Source: Bacteroidota bacterium (lineage in GTDB: Bacteria; Bacteroidota; Ignavibacteria; UBA10030; SZUA-254). Taken from it: a DNA stretch of 64,000 nt. Under the pieces are notes generated by a model that searched no databases, was not told the origin of the DNA, and saw only the letters and a list, made by a program, of their open reading frames with translations. Positions 46,296 to 55,318 of the stretch are shown one piece after another. Numbering within the stretch: the first letter of the stretch is position 1; every line of letters begins with the position of its first letter. A program made the translations under genes and the position numbers. The stretch covers positions 18,590 through 82,589 of the forward strand of contig DATIXJ010000027.1 in assembly GCA_035518715.1 (NCBI GenBank), read 5' to 3'.

Positions 46296-46314
46296 GTCCC
46301 CCTAAAAGGGGGAC
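46296..46314. repeat. Palindromic hairpin GTCCCCC-taaaa-GGGGGAC
   Basis: A perfect 7-bp stem, read directly. Confidence 0.8.
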
Positions 46315-46469
46315 ACGATGATTGTTGGTACTGGCGGTTGAAAGGACTCACGGGATTTGCAGTCACCAGACGTACTGACCTTCTGAAGCTTGACCAACAG
46401 AGAATGCCGTCCGAGAGTACCTCGCAGGAGCAAGACAAACTGAGCGTCAATACATCGATCACTAGACCA

Positions 46470-46507
46470 CCTCTCCTATAAGGAGAGGGTCTGGGTGAGG
46501 AAGCCAC
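46470..46507. repeat. Hairpin repeat unit 2 (CCTCTCCT-ata-AGGAGAGG ... GAGGAAGCCA)
   Basis: An 8-bp stem plus a shared 10-nt tail GAGGAAGCCA. It is related to unit 3. Confidence 0.8.
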
Positions 46508-46612
46508 TCCTCAGATAACGCCCTCCCGTCACAGCCATGCCACCATAGGTTGTGCGATTTAAAGACGCAGGCTGCAGAACGCACTGAGCATCACTTCACC
46601 GTAATCAGCGCT

Positions 46613-46650
46613 CCCTCTCCTGCAAAGGGGAGAGTGATGGGAGGAAGCCA
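46613..46650. repeat. Hairpin repeat unit 3 (CTCTCC-N8-GGAGAG ... GAGGAAGCCA) just upstream of the DUF559 start
   Basis: Same architecture and identical GAGGAAGCCA tail as unit 2. It ends 5 nt before the ATG at 46656. Confidence 0.8.
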
Positions 46651-46655
46651 ATGCC

Positions 46656-47096
46656 ATGACAATGCCATTCAGTTATAGCTCAGCACTCACTGGCCGTGCA
46701 AGAAGTCTCCGCCGAAATATGACTGATTCAGAACTTAAGCTCTGGTCGAAATTACGCGGGAATCAGCTGGGATATTACTTCAAGCGACAAACTCCCATCG
46801 GGCACTATATCGTTGACTTTGTCTGCCGGAAAGAAAAGCTCGTCGTCGAAGTCGATGGGTGCCAGCACTATTCCGTCAAAGGGCTTGAATACGATAGAAG
46901 ACGTGACAAATTTCTAGGCGAACAGGGTTTTCGCGTACTCAGGTTTACTAATAGTGAAACGCTCGAAAATACGCAGGGGGTGCTGGATGAGATCCTGGAA
47001 AACCTGAAGAGAATGCAAGAACATACTGCCTCGTCCCACGATGCGAAAGACAATTATCTCCGGGAGAGTATTCGACCTACATCTTCTTCAGAGTGA
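46656..47096 (+). CDS. DUF559 endonuclease-domain protein (Vsr/restriction-endonuclease-like fold)
   Basis: ARSLRRNMTDSELKLWSKLR, FKRQ.PIG.YIVDFVC, LVVEVDG..H and GFRVLRF follow the DUF559 pattern. Confidence 0.85.
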   Translation: MTMPFSYSSALTGRARSLRRNMTDSELKLWSKLRGNQLGYYFKRQTPIGHYIVDFVCRKEKLVVEVDGCQHYSVKGLEYDRRRDKFLGEQGFRVLRFTNSETLENTQGVLDEILENLKRMQEHTASSHDAKDNYLRESIRPTSSSE

Positions 47097-47874
47097 TCAG
47101 AAATGAACCGAGATTGTCGTCGTAAAACGCGTTCCAGTATTTTGCCTTCCTGATCACCTCAACAGTCGATTTGCTGAAGCTCTTCGGATCCGGCGCCGGC
47201 GATCCTTCCGTGAAGAGAATATCGTTCACCACAAACCAGAGCGTCCCGTTCGCGGGGACCTCTCCATTCCATTCCGTTCCGATCTCCCATGTCGAATCAC
47301 CCGGACCCGGAGGTAAGTCTTCACGTGAGGAAATCCCTGCAATCAGTGCACCATACGGACTTCCCGGACGCACGAGATATCTTCGAAGTTCTCCCTTCGT
47401 GCTGTCGGCTTTCTTTCCATTCTCGTCACCCGCCGATATCGGCGTGATGTCCCCCGGGACTTTCTTATCGAACGTTTGCCCCGCGGGGTCGAGCCAGAGA
47501 TGCTCGGGCCGCGTGCCCGTCTGAATATTATCCAGCGCTTTCACGAGCGACTGGAGCCCGAGATTGACCGTCCCGCTCGCCTTGATCGACAGGGTTTGAC
47601 CTTTCTTCACGACCATGTGCGTCGATGCCCACGGCACGGATGACGGGAGATTGACGATTGTGATTCCGGAATTGAAGGCGATGACCGTAGCGCCTCGGTT
47701 CGATTCGATCGAAGTGATGCCGGGGCTGTTGAACGATTCCATCATCCTCGGCAGCATGCGGTCGATGAGAATCCAGATGAATACTCCGGCAAATACCAGG
47801 ACGCCGAGAAATTTCAGAAGTCCCCAGCGGGTTGAGATAAATTCCCAGAATGATACTCGTTCGGTGTCGTACAT
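47077..47874 (-). CDS. Membrane-anchored protein with PA-IL (LecA)-like lectin domain
   Basis: N-terminal TM helix. KKGQTLSIKASGTV, YGALIAGI, GTLWFVVND and DDNLGSFLITL parallel the PA-IL pattern (VAAGWASYG, CGALVMKIG, ITLIYND, GNNSGSFSVNI). Confidence 0.6.
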   Translation of the reverse strand: MYDTERVSFWEFISTRWGLLKFLGVLVFAGVFIWILIDRMLPRMMESFNSPGITSIESNRGATVIAFNSGITIVNLPSSVPWASTHMVVKKGQTLSIKASGTVNLGLQSLVKALDNIQTGTRPEHLWLDPAGQTFDKKVPGDITPISAGDENGKKADSTKGELRRYLVRPGSPYGALIAGISSREDLPPGPGDSTWEIGTEWNGEVPANGTLWFVVNDILFTEGSPAPDPKSFSKSTVEVIRKAKYWNAFYDDNLGSFLITLKKM

Positions 47875-48167
47875 AGAATATTGTGCAATGAGCGTTGTGT
47901 TCGTACGGAAGAGGGCTGATCGCGGCCGGGTCTGCGAGTCCGGTGAAGAGTGATCATAAAGAACGATGATGTTCGTACCTGCTGTGGGAGGAAACCAGCA
48001 AGGTGCCCCGCGGCTGTACCAATATCTTTCAAAGAAGTGAGATTGTCAAGTGATGCCGGAACCCTCCGCGGTTCCGTCAACTCAACTGCGACTCGGGGAA
48101 ATCTGACAAAAATCGCATGATTCTGTCTGATTGGACAGATACTCCTCTTTCTGTATATTGAAGAGCC

Positions 48168-50198
48168 ATGCCGTCGAGAGATTTCAGCGCACGCATTTTC
48201 AACAAGCCCTATCTTCCCTACGTCCTCATTGTACTTGTCGCGATTCTGGTCTATGGTCAAACCGTGACGTTCCAGTTCACGAACCTTGACGACCAGAAGA
48301 TCATCCTGGATAATTTTCCCACGCTGAGCAACCTGTCGAACGTATCCGTGGCATTTACCACCGACGCGTTCGTCCAGCTGGGGGGTTCCATGTTCTACCG
48401 GCCGATGCAGACGCTCTCGTTCATGTTCGATGCGGCGATCGGCGGAAGAGATGCCGGTGTCTACCACGCGGTGAACGTTCTCCTGCATGCGGCGACTTGT
48501 TGTCTTCTCCTGGCATTTCTCCTCCGGCTCAAGTATGCTCCAGGACTTTCGTTCTTTCTTGCATTACTCTATGCAGTCCACCCGCTGTTCACACACGCCG
48601 TTGCCTGGGTGCCTTCGCGCGGCGACCTGCTCATCGCATGTTTCGCCTTGGCGGCATTTCTGACCGGTATGCAGTATCTTGACAGCGGGAAACCGATAAC
48701 ACTTCTCCTGCATCTGCTCTTCTTTGCAATCGCGGTCTACTCGAAAGAAACCGCTCTGGTGATTCCATTCGTATTTGTGGTTTTCGTACTGATCACCAAA
48801 ACGAATGTGACAGTTCAACGGGGAGGACTCGTCTGTCTCGTCTGGGTGACCTGCATCGCAAGCTACCTCATTCTCAGGTTCATGTACCTGTCCGGCGCAG
48901 TTCCTTCTGAACAGGTTGGCCTCAGGCCGCTTATGCTCAATCTTCCTGTGCTTTTTCTCTTCGTTGCCAAGCTCTTTCTTCCGTTCGGGCTTTCGACGAT
49001 GCCGCTGATCAGCCCGCTCTTTGCCTGGATCGGAGTCGCGATTTCTGTTCTCCTGCTGGCGATGGTATTTCGGACAAAGAACATCCGGAGGGGGCTGGCT
49101 CTCTTCGGGGTATTCTGGTTTGCCTCATTTGTCGGACCATCGCTCCTGTATCGTCACCCATTGGCGGACGTGGCGTTCCAGTTCTTCGAGCACCGGGCCT
49201 ATCTACCCTGTATAGGACTGATGATCCTTCTCGCGGAACTCCTCACCGGTTATCCCGGATTTGTCAGGAAGGCGGGGATACGTCTGGGCTCGGCAGTTCT
49301 TATCCTGTTTGCAGGGATTACCATGATCCACGCCCGCGTCTATCACGATCCGATGGCCTTTGTCGGCTCTGCACTCGAGGCAAATCCCACGAATGCGGTT
49401 GCGTATTACAACCGTGCATCAGTGGAGTTTTTTAACGGCGAACTCCAGGGCGCCATGACAGACGTTTCCAGGGCGATCGCTATCCGTCCGAATTTCGCGG
49501 GGGCGTATTACAGTCGGGCACTCATCTACGGACAGCTCGGTGCGTATCAGTCCGCGCTGTCAGATTACGACAACGCCATCCACTACGATTCGACCGACGC
49601 GATGTCGTACTTCAACCGGTCGATTGTGGAATGGATTTTGAAGGATTACGCGAAAGCGATGAGGGATTGCAATGCCTCAATCCGGATTTTGCCGGAACTC
49701 TGGGTCTGGTACTATCACCGGGGAAACCTCGAAACGGATCTTGGCGAGACGCAGACGGCCCTCCACGATTTTGATACGGCTCTGGTCTGTATCGCCTCGC
49801 GCGCCGGATATAACGACGCACGATATAGCTCTGTCCTCAACAACAGCGCGACGTATGCTGATCTCTATGTGGCGCGCGCAAAGGCATTGCGAATCCTCGG
49901 GAGAGCGGCAGAAGCGGTACGTGACTGCGATAAGGCGCTTGCACAAAATCCCAATAATGCGGATGCGTACTCTTGTCGCGGGCTTGCGCGGTTGGCGCTT
50001 TCAGATACCGGCAACGCGCGCGGCGATTTCGACATGGCAATCCGATTCAATCCTCAATCGGGTCTTGCGTACTTCGGGAGGGGAAATGTGAAGTTCGCGG
50101 AAAAGGACAACAAAGGGGCGTGCAACGATTGGAAGAGAGCCAAGGCGTTCGGATATGCGGAGGCCGATTCCGTCATCGCACTGAACTGCGTCAACTGA
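48168..50198 (+). CDS. Polytopic membrane protein with C-terminal TPR repeats (TMTC/PMT_2-like putative glycosyltransferase)
   Basis: About 11 TM helices with an N-terminal DD (NLDDQ) loop, followed by 7 or more TPR units (AYYNRA, AYYSRA, SYFNRS...). Confidence 0.7.
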   Translation: MPSRDFSARIFNKPYLPYVLIVLVAILVYGQTVTFQFTNLDDQKIILDNFPTLSNLSNVSVAFTTDAFVQLGGSMFYRPMQTLSFMFDAAIGGRDAGVYHAVNVLLHAATCCLLLAFLLRLKYAPGLSFFLALLYAVHPLFTHAVAWVPSRGDLLIACFALAAFLTGMQYLDSGKPITLLLHLLFFAIAVYSKETALVIPFVFVVFVLITKTNVTVQRGGLVCLVWVTCIASYLILRFMYLSGAVPSEQVGLRPLMLNLPVLFLFVAKLFLPFGLSTMPLISPLFAWIGVAISVLLLAMVFRTKNIRRGLALFGVFWFASFVGPSLLYRHPLADVAFQFFEHRAYLPCIGLMILLAELLTGYPGFVRKAGIRLGSAVLILFAGITMIHARVYHDPMAFVGSALEANPTNAVAYYNRASVEFFNGELQGAMTDVSRAIAIRPNFAGAYYSRALIYGQLGAYQSALSDYDNAIHYDSTDAMSYFNRSIVEWILKDYAKAMRDCNASIRILPELWVWYYHRGNLETDLGETQTALHDFDTALVCIASRAGYNDARYSSVLNNSATYADLYVARAKALRILGRAAEAVRDCDKALAQNPNNADAYSCRGLARLALSDTGNARGDFDMAIRFNPQSGLAYFGRGNVKFAEKDNKGACNDWKRAKAFGYAEADSVIALNCVN

Positions 50199-50292
50199 CA
50201 GATACGAACTTCTGTTACGTCCCCGGCCAACTACCCGAACCACTCCCGGCACTGATCCGTGGCGTACTAAGCTGATTATACAGCAGGAACTC

Positions 50293-50523
50293 TTACGCCC
50301 GTCCCTTTCGCCGGAAGTATCCGAAGAGCACGGCAACGATGAGCGCTACCACACCGAACACGGACCACATCGCGATTTCAAAACTCACACCCTTGTAGTG
50401 ATTCGAAACGAAATCGATGATCTGCGGCAAATTCACGATGACTATGAGGCAGGCGAGGAACGACAACCAGCCTTCGATACGCCGCAACGAGACTAACAAC
50501 TTGTTGACTTGGTCCGCATCCAT
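50293..50523 (-). CDS. Small membrane protein (2 TM), hypothetical
   Basis: 76 aa with two hydrophobic helices. GGAG lies 7 nt upstream of the ATG. Confidence 0.5.
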   Translation of the reverse strand: MDADQVNKLLVSLRRIEGWLSFLACLIVIVNLPQIIDFVSNHYKGVSFEIAMWSVFGVVALIVAVLFGYFRRKGRA

Positions 50524-50989
50524 ACTTCTGCTCCGAATATGTTAGGGATTGATATCTGAACCGGCGATGAGTCTTCATTCATCCCTGCATACGAATCGCA
50601 ACCTGAATTACCCCGCTCTTTCGATTCATCACATCGGTCAAAAAACCTGCACAAACTAATAAACATTCAATCGTAAATCAACAGAAAACGTGAGGGAGGA
50701 TACATGTGGGTTTTCCTCCCGTGAATGCGGCGGAATTGAGCTTATTTCATCACATTCTGATCCCTGTCCTTCCTTACCTGTATTGCCGCCGGAATTCTTC
50801 GGGAATCTGGAATCTCTCCATCGAAGCGATCCCGTCTGCTCAATCCTGAGGTCCTTGCGCTTCAGCATCAACCTCATACACAATTCGTCGCAGGACCATC
50901 CGGGCACTTTCCCCGCAGACAAGGAACATTTGCTTATCTCCCGTTCGTTCTTTTCATTGAATGCATTCTCTTCAGATCAAATTAATAAA

Positions 50990-51793
50990 ATGCCCATGCG
51001 GATCCTGCTATCAATTTTTGGTTTGGTCCTTGTGTTCTCTCCTCCCGCCGCCGGCCGGGAAGACACCACTGCCACACGGGCGCCAGTCCAGAGCCCGAGA
51101 TTCAGCACGTATAAAGAAAATTACTTTCTCCTCACAACGATTGATCAGTACAGCCAGACGAAGTTTCAGTTCAGTTTGAAGTACCGCCTCTTCGACGGGA
51201 CCGGCTTTTATTTCGGCTATACCCAGAAATCGTTCTGGAATGCTTGGGGTTCACCGCTCACGTCCGCATTGCGCGAAACGAATTTCAATCCGGAGTTCCT
51301 TTACGACTTTGCCGAGAGCCCGTTCTGGATCCTGCCGCCCGTCACGCTCGGCCTCGAACACGAATCAAACGGCAAAGACGGTCTCGACGCGAGGAGCTGG
51401 AATCGGGCATACGTGCAATGGAAAACGCTCTCATCCGATTCCGTCGCCGCGGTACGGCTCAAGTCATGGGTCCCGTTCATGATCGTTGCGGGAAATCCGG
51501 ACATCCTGAACTACCTCGGATATACCGACTTCGAATTCGACTGGAACCTCCTGCACAGGCCGGAACTTCTGAGTTTTCAGATCGATGTGCGGAAGGGTGC
51601 GAATCTCGATCTCACGCGATCTTCCGTTCTGATCGGATTTGTGATCAAGCCGTTTGAGCTCCTTGACTGGAAGTCGCTCAGCGTTCTCAACGGCTCATTT
51701 TATTTTCAGTATTTCAACGGGTACGGAGAGAGTCTGGAAAATTACAACGTCCCGCTTCATGGGCTTCGGGCGGGATTTATTGTGATGGAATGA
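50990..51793 (+). CDS. pldA: Outer-membrane phospholipase A
   Basis: The start at ATG 50990 gives a signal peptide. The catalytic motif LEHESNGKDG...RSWNR is present. Confidence 0.88.
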   Translation: MPMRILLSIFGLVLVFSPPAAGREDTTATRAPVQSPRFSTYKENYFLLTTIDQYSQTKFQFSLKYRLFDGTGFYFGYTQKSFWNAWGSPLTSALRETNFNPEFLYDFAESPFWILPPVTLGLEHESNGKDGLDARSWNRAYVQWKTLSSDSVAAVRLKSWVPFMIVAGNPDILNYLGYTDFEFDWNLLHRPELLSFQIDVRKGANLDLTRSSVLIGFVIKPFELLDWKSLSVLNGSFYFQYFNGYGESLENYNVPLHGLRAGFIVME

Positions 51794-51884
51794 AAAATCC
51801 GATAGAAATGGAAAAACTGCTGCAGGGAGTGTAAAGAACGCGGTTTTGCCGGCAGGAATCTTCACCGGCATGTGAACCGGGGGG

Positions 51885-52250
51885 TTACTTCGCGACGAGG
51901 CGCTCGATGGTCAGCCGGAGCATTTCAAAATCGTACGGCTTGCTCATGAAATCGTCCGCGCCGTATTCCTTGGACATTACTGAATGCCGGAGATCCGCAA
52001 AGGCGGTCAGCATGATGACCTTGGTCTGGGGTTTCTGTTCCTTGATGAACTTGAGCACGCCAAAGCCGTCCACTTTCGGCATCCGTATATCCAGAATTGC
52101 CACATCGAACGGCTGCTCTTTCAGCTGGTTGATCGCATCTTCCCCGTTGCTGACAACGGAAACGGTATAGCCGCATGCCTGAAGATCCTCGCTGAGCACC
52201 GAGCCAAGAACGGGATCATCATCTGCAACACAAATTCTCGCTGCAGACAT
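51885..52250 (-). CDS. Single-domain response regulator (CheY-like), paralogue of 20798..21166
   Basis: The start is taken at MSAARICVADDD. DVAILDIRMPKVDGFGVLKFIKEQKPQTKVIMLTAFADL is near-identical in pattern to the other REC. Confidence 0.88.
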   Translation of the reverse strand: MSAARICVADDDPVLGSVLSEDLQACGYTVSVVSNGEDAINQLKEQPFDVAILDIRMPKVDGFGVLKFIKEQKPQTKVIMLTAFADLRHSVMSKEYGADDFMSKPYDFEMLRLTIERLVAK

Positions 52251-52470
52251 AATTTGCCTTCCTCCGGAACGTTTGTCTGAAAATGTGTAAAATGTCCGAC
52301 CGAATGTACCAATAATTTCCCGTGAATACAAATCGGCAGACGGGGATTCCAGGAGAGATGCCGCTCATCCTGCCGGGGCTCTTCCGAAAATACAGATCCC
52401 GCTCCAACAGCGGCCACGTGGGATTGCGAAGCCAACCATCAGAACGGGATTCAAGAAAAACAGACCGATC

Positions 52471-52830
52471 CTACGGAGTTGAACGGGCAGGCGGGGGAGT
52501 TGACGGCTGCTGCGACCGCACGCGGATATTCATTACCTCATTGTAGAGGCGGAGCGAGCGTTCGCCGTTATAGAAGCGATCGCGCAGCGGGGCAACGATG
52601 TTCAGCTTGAGGTAGACGTCGACTGGATTCGTGTTGTCCATTAACGCCTTCAATTTTGCCTCGACTTTATTCCAATCCAAACCGCTCATAGCTTCTGTGT
52701 GAAATGAACTCCACCCAATATAATTGCTCGGGCGAAGATACGCACGATAATAATTTTTTTGGGTGTTCGCAGTCACACAAGGCACTGATGCGGCGATGCT
52801 CGGTTGATGATTTGCCATCGCCCGCCGCAA
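52471..52830 (-). CDS. Hypothetical protein
   Basis: Only an ORF, with an uncertain start (TTG 52830, ATG 52818 or ATG 52689). I recognise no motif. Confidence 0.35.
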   Translation of the reverse strand: MRRAMANHQPSIAASVPCVTANTQKNYYRAYLRPSNYIGWSSFHTEAMSGLDWNKVEAKLKALMDNTNPVDVYLKLNIVAPLRDRFYNGERSLRLYNEVMNIRVRSQQPSTPPPARSTP

Positions 52831-52926
52831 AATCCTCTTCCCGGCTTCCCGAGTCTGTGATTCTGCGCAACGGAAGATTGAACGGGTATGATGTTTTGAT
52901 GATTTTGGAGCGGATTGGGGAAATCA

Positions 52927-53832
52927 ATGAAGGAGATTCTTCAAAAATTGCTCCTGGAGGCACCGGTAGCAACGGATGGTGCCTGGAGAACGGAGCTTGA
53001 GAGCTCGGGTCTCGAAGCCGGCGAATGTCCGGATGCCTGGAACCTTTCCAGGCCGCAGAGCGTGGAGTCAGTTGCACGCTCATACGTTGAAGCGGGAAGC
53101 CGGATCATCCTTACCAACACCTTTCGATCGAACCGGCTTGCGCTCGATGCACATGCTCTTGTTGAAAAACTCGAACAGCTCAACCGCGCCGGAGTGGAAT
53201 TATCACGCAAGGCGTCGGGGGGAAAGAGTTTCGTCTTTGCGACGATGGGCCCGGCATCGACACTCACGATGGGTGGAAACCTTCCGCCGGATGCCGTGCT
53301 GAAGGATGTCTTCCGCGAGCAGGCAATCATTCTCGCCAATGCCGGCGTGGATGGAATTGTGCTCGAATCGTTCCACAATCTTCACGAACTCCTGATTGCA
53401 CTTCATGCCGCCAAATCTACGAACTTGCCGGTCGTCGCATCCGTTGTATTCGATTCAGGTGACCGGATGGACCGGATGGCATCCGGCCAGTCGCCCGAGC
53501 TTGTCGCTCTGACTCTTGCGGAAGCGGGAGCCGACGTGATAGGTGCGAACTGCGGCATGGGCATCGAACAATATCTCCCGATCTGCAGGCGCCTGCATAC
53601 TGCAACGTATCTTCCGATTTGGATGAAGCCGAATGCCGGCAAGCCGACGCTCATCCACGGCAAAATCGTTTATCCGACAACGGGGCGCAACTTTGCAATG
53701 TACGCTCAGGTCCTCGCCAACCTCGGGGCGGATTTCGTCGGCGGCTGCTGCGGTACGACTCCCGAGTACATTCATGAGATGGTCCGCACACTCAGGAAGA
53801 AATACCGCGACCGCATGATCACGCAGTTCTGA
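52927..53832 (+). CDS. Stand-alone homocysteine S-methyltransferase domain protein (MetH N-terminal-like)
   Basis: DGAWRTEL, ILTNTF, GANCG and the zinc-ligand motif GGCCGTTPEYI are present. Confidence 0.85.
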   Translation: MKEILQKLLLEAPVATDGAWRTELESSGLEAGECPDAWNLSRPQSVESVARSYVEAGSRIILTNTFRSNRLALDAHALVEKLEQLNRAGVELSRKASGGKSFVFATMGPASTLTMGGNLPPDAVLKDVFREQAIILANAGVDGIVLESFHNLHELLIALHAAKSTNLPVVASVVFDSGDRMDRMASGQSPELVALTLAEAGADVIGANCGMGIEQYLPICRRLHTATYLPIWMKPNAGKPTLIHGKIVYPTTGRNFAMYAQVLANLGADFVGGCCGTTPEYIHEMVRTLRKKYRDRMITQF

Positions 53833-53905
53833 ATCCGCTCTCTGTAGCTGCCGTACTCTTCTCCGGCTTCGTTCATAAAGTTCAGCCTCTTTTGTATATT
53901 GGAGG

Positions 53906-55315
53906 ATGGAACTCGCCAAAGGAAGTGATATCGAGCTCACCATTGAGAGCCTTTCCGGCGACGGCAAGACCGTAGCGCGCCGGGAGGGAATGGTATTTTT
54001 TGTCGAAGATGCCGTCCCCGGAGATGTGGTACGTGCCCGCATCTGGAAGCTCCAGAAAAATTATGCGGAGGCGCGGGCGATGGAGCTCCTCACACCTTCT
54101 CCGCTTCGAGACGAACCGCGGTGCAGGCACTTCGGCGTCTGCGGGGGATGCGCCTGGCAGGATCTTTCGTATGAAGCGCAGCTGACATTCAAGGCGCGCC
54201 ACGTTGACGATGCGTTCCGGAGAATCGGGGGGTTCGAATCGCCGGAGGTACTGCCGGTCCTCGGCTGTGCCGATCCGTTTTTTTACCGGAATAAAATGGA
54301 ATTCACCTTCTCGCGGTATCGGTGGCTTAGCACCGACGAGATGAAAATTGGTGAAGAACAAGCTCCGGAAGTCGCACTCGGCCTCCACGTTCCGAAACGG
54401 TACGACAAGGTCCTCAACATCCAGGAATGCTGGCTGCAGTCCGAACTTTCCGCACAAATCCTGAACACCGTACGTGAAGTCGCACGCGGCTGGAATCTTA
54501 CGGTCTATTCATCCGACGATCAGCAGGGATACCTGCGGCATCTGGTAATTCGCGAGGGGAAGCAGACGGGGGAGGTCATGGTCAATCTCGTCACCTCGCA
54601 CGAATGGCCCGAGGGGATGAAGAACATGACCGATCTTCTGGTGAAGCATTTCCCCGCCATTACGACGATTGTCAATAATATCACCGGGCGCAGGTCGATG
54701 GTCGCTGTCGGGGAACGCGAGATTGTCTGTTACGGTCCGGGCACGATCACGGAAAAAATCGGGGAGTGCCTCTTTCGCATTTCTACGAACTCGTTCTTTC
54801 AGACAAACACACTCCAGGCGGAACGCTTGTACGGGGTCGTCCGGTCGATGGCTGAGCTGACTCCTTCCGATGTTGTCTATGATCTCTACAGCGGTGCCGG
54901 CACGATTGCCATTTATCTCGCGGCGGGAGTCGAACGGGTGATTGGTATCGAAATGGTGGAAAGCGCGATCCGGGACGCTGAGAGAAATGCCGAAATGAAT
55001 CATGTGGCAAACTGTTATTTTCTGCAGGGAGATTTGAAAGACCGCCTCACGAAGAACTGCGACTGGCTCCGTGAGCATCCGAAGCCGTCGGTGATTGTTG
55101 TTGATCCTCCGCGAAGCGGCATGCATGCGAAAGTCATTGAGCAGATTGTCAGGCTCGGTCCGAGCCGGATCATCTATGTCAGCTGTAACCCTTCGACGCA
55201 GGCGCGGGATGCGAAACTTCTTGCCGGCCAGGGATTCCGGCTTGGGCGCATTCAGCCGGTGGACATGTTCCCCCACACCGATCACATTGAAGCGGTAGCG
55301 TTGTTTACGCGGTGA
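53906..55315 (+). CDS. rlmD: 23S rRNA (uracil-C5)-methyltransferase, RlmD/RumA family
   Basis: TRAM domain, Fe-S Cys cluster CRHFGVCGGCAWQ, SAM motif DLYSGAGT and DPPRSG are present. Confidence 0.9.
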   Translation: MELAKGSDIELTIESLSGDGKTVARREGMVFFVEDAVPGDVVRARIWKLQKNYAEARAMELLTPSPLRDEPRCRHFGVCGGCAWQDLSYEAQLTFKARHVDDAFRRIGGFESPEVLPVLGCADPFFYRNKMEFTFSRYRWLSTDEMKIGEEQAPEVALGLHVPKRYDKVLNIQECWLQSELSAQILNTVREVARGWNLTVYSSDDQQGYLRHLVIREGKQTGEVMVNLVTSHEWPEGMKNMTDLLVKHFPAITTIVNNITGRRSMVAVGEREIVCYGPGTITEKIGECLFRISTNSFFQTNTLQAERLYGVVRSMAELTPSDVVYDLYSGAGTIAIYLAAGVERVIGIEMVESAIRDAERNAEMNHVANCYFLQGDLKDRLTKNCDWLREHPKPSVIVVDPPRSGMHAKVIEQIVRLGPSRIIYVSCNPSTQARDAKLLAGQGFRLGRIQPVDMFPHTDHIEAVALFTR

Positions 55316-55318
55316 GTA

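Noticed and set aside
46296-46314. Hairpin 1, preceded by GTGG, as a REP element for the RayT-like transposase 26 kb away.
   Set aside because: Only one such copy lies in the window, and the other two hairpins lack the 5' GTGG/GTAG tetranucleotide. The idea cannot be supported without genome-wide counts.
46253-46507. ORFs 46293-46481 (+) and 46253-46507 (-) in the spacer before the DUF559 gene.
   Set aside because: They run through the palindromic repeats, have no ribosome-binding site or recognisable motif, and overlap each other. I interpret them as repeat-derived open frames.
47814-48488. A 224-aa minus-strand ORF spanning the divergent promoter region and the start of the TPR membrane protein gene.
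   Set aside because: It overlaps two better-supported genes, is Arg/His-rich and carries no recognisable domain.
50656-50922. An 88-aa minus-strand ORF, and the 100-codon N-terminal extension of pldA (50690-50989).
   Set aside because: They are mutually overlapping, look compositionally random and place no signal peptide at the N-terminus. The pldA start at 50990 gives a proper signal peptide.
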